DNA of 64,000 bases from Octopus bimaculoides (taxonomy: Eukaryota). Shown here piece by piece: positions 63,940-64,000 of this stretch; within the stretch, counting starts at the first letter, position 1, and the number at the start of each line of letters is the position of its first letter. Both the position numbers and the translations under genes were made by a program. The stretch is from positions 16,885,792 to 16,949,791 of the forward strand of contig NC_068981.1 in NCBI RefSeq assembly GCF_001194135.2, in the 5' to 3' direction. Below the pieces are notes generated by a model. It searched no databases and had not been told where the DNA came from. It saw only the letters and a list, made by a program, of their open reading frames with translations.

Positions 63940-64000
<61 letters not shown>

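Noticed and set aside
643-63977. Most ORFs in the six-frame track (YIYI, CVCV, HTHT, LSLS, poly-L/E/S, X-runs)
   Set aside because: They are translations of microsatellites, low-complexity tracts or N gaps, or antisense shadows of transposon ORFs.

Overview
AT-rich eukaryotic DNA with many N gaps, nearly all next to microsatellites. The dense microsatellites, tRNA-derived SINEs and R4/Dong-like LINEs best fit an octopus/coleoid cephalopod scaffold; the species is an inference. No host protein-coding gene can be identified with confidence. Most listed ORFs are translations of simple repeats or gaps. The window reads as one long intronic or intergenic tract, with a few + strand splice-signal candidates of low confidence. 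Supported content: three minus-strand R4/Dong-like LINE remnants, three or four Tc1/mariner remnants, Tigger-like and hAT MITEs, a 1.1 kb long-TIR element, about 30 SINE copies or fragments from at least four families, and four minisatellites. The most interesting signal is a set of retroelements associated with microsatellites. (1) Three minimal hammerhead-ribozyme-like motifs of the Penelope-like-element type, each upstream of a (TA)n tract. (2) R4-like LINEs abutting two different microsatellites, (TAA)n and (CATA)n. (3) A SINE subfamily that appears to insert into the head of its own relatives. (4) A 153-bp cassette with 16-bp inverted repeats found in both orientations next to the same module. 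All protein and family assignments are by eye from remembered motifs, not database searches.
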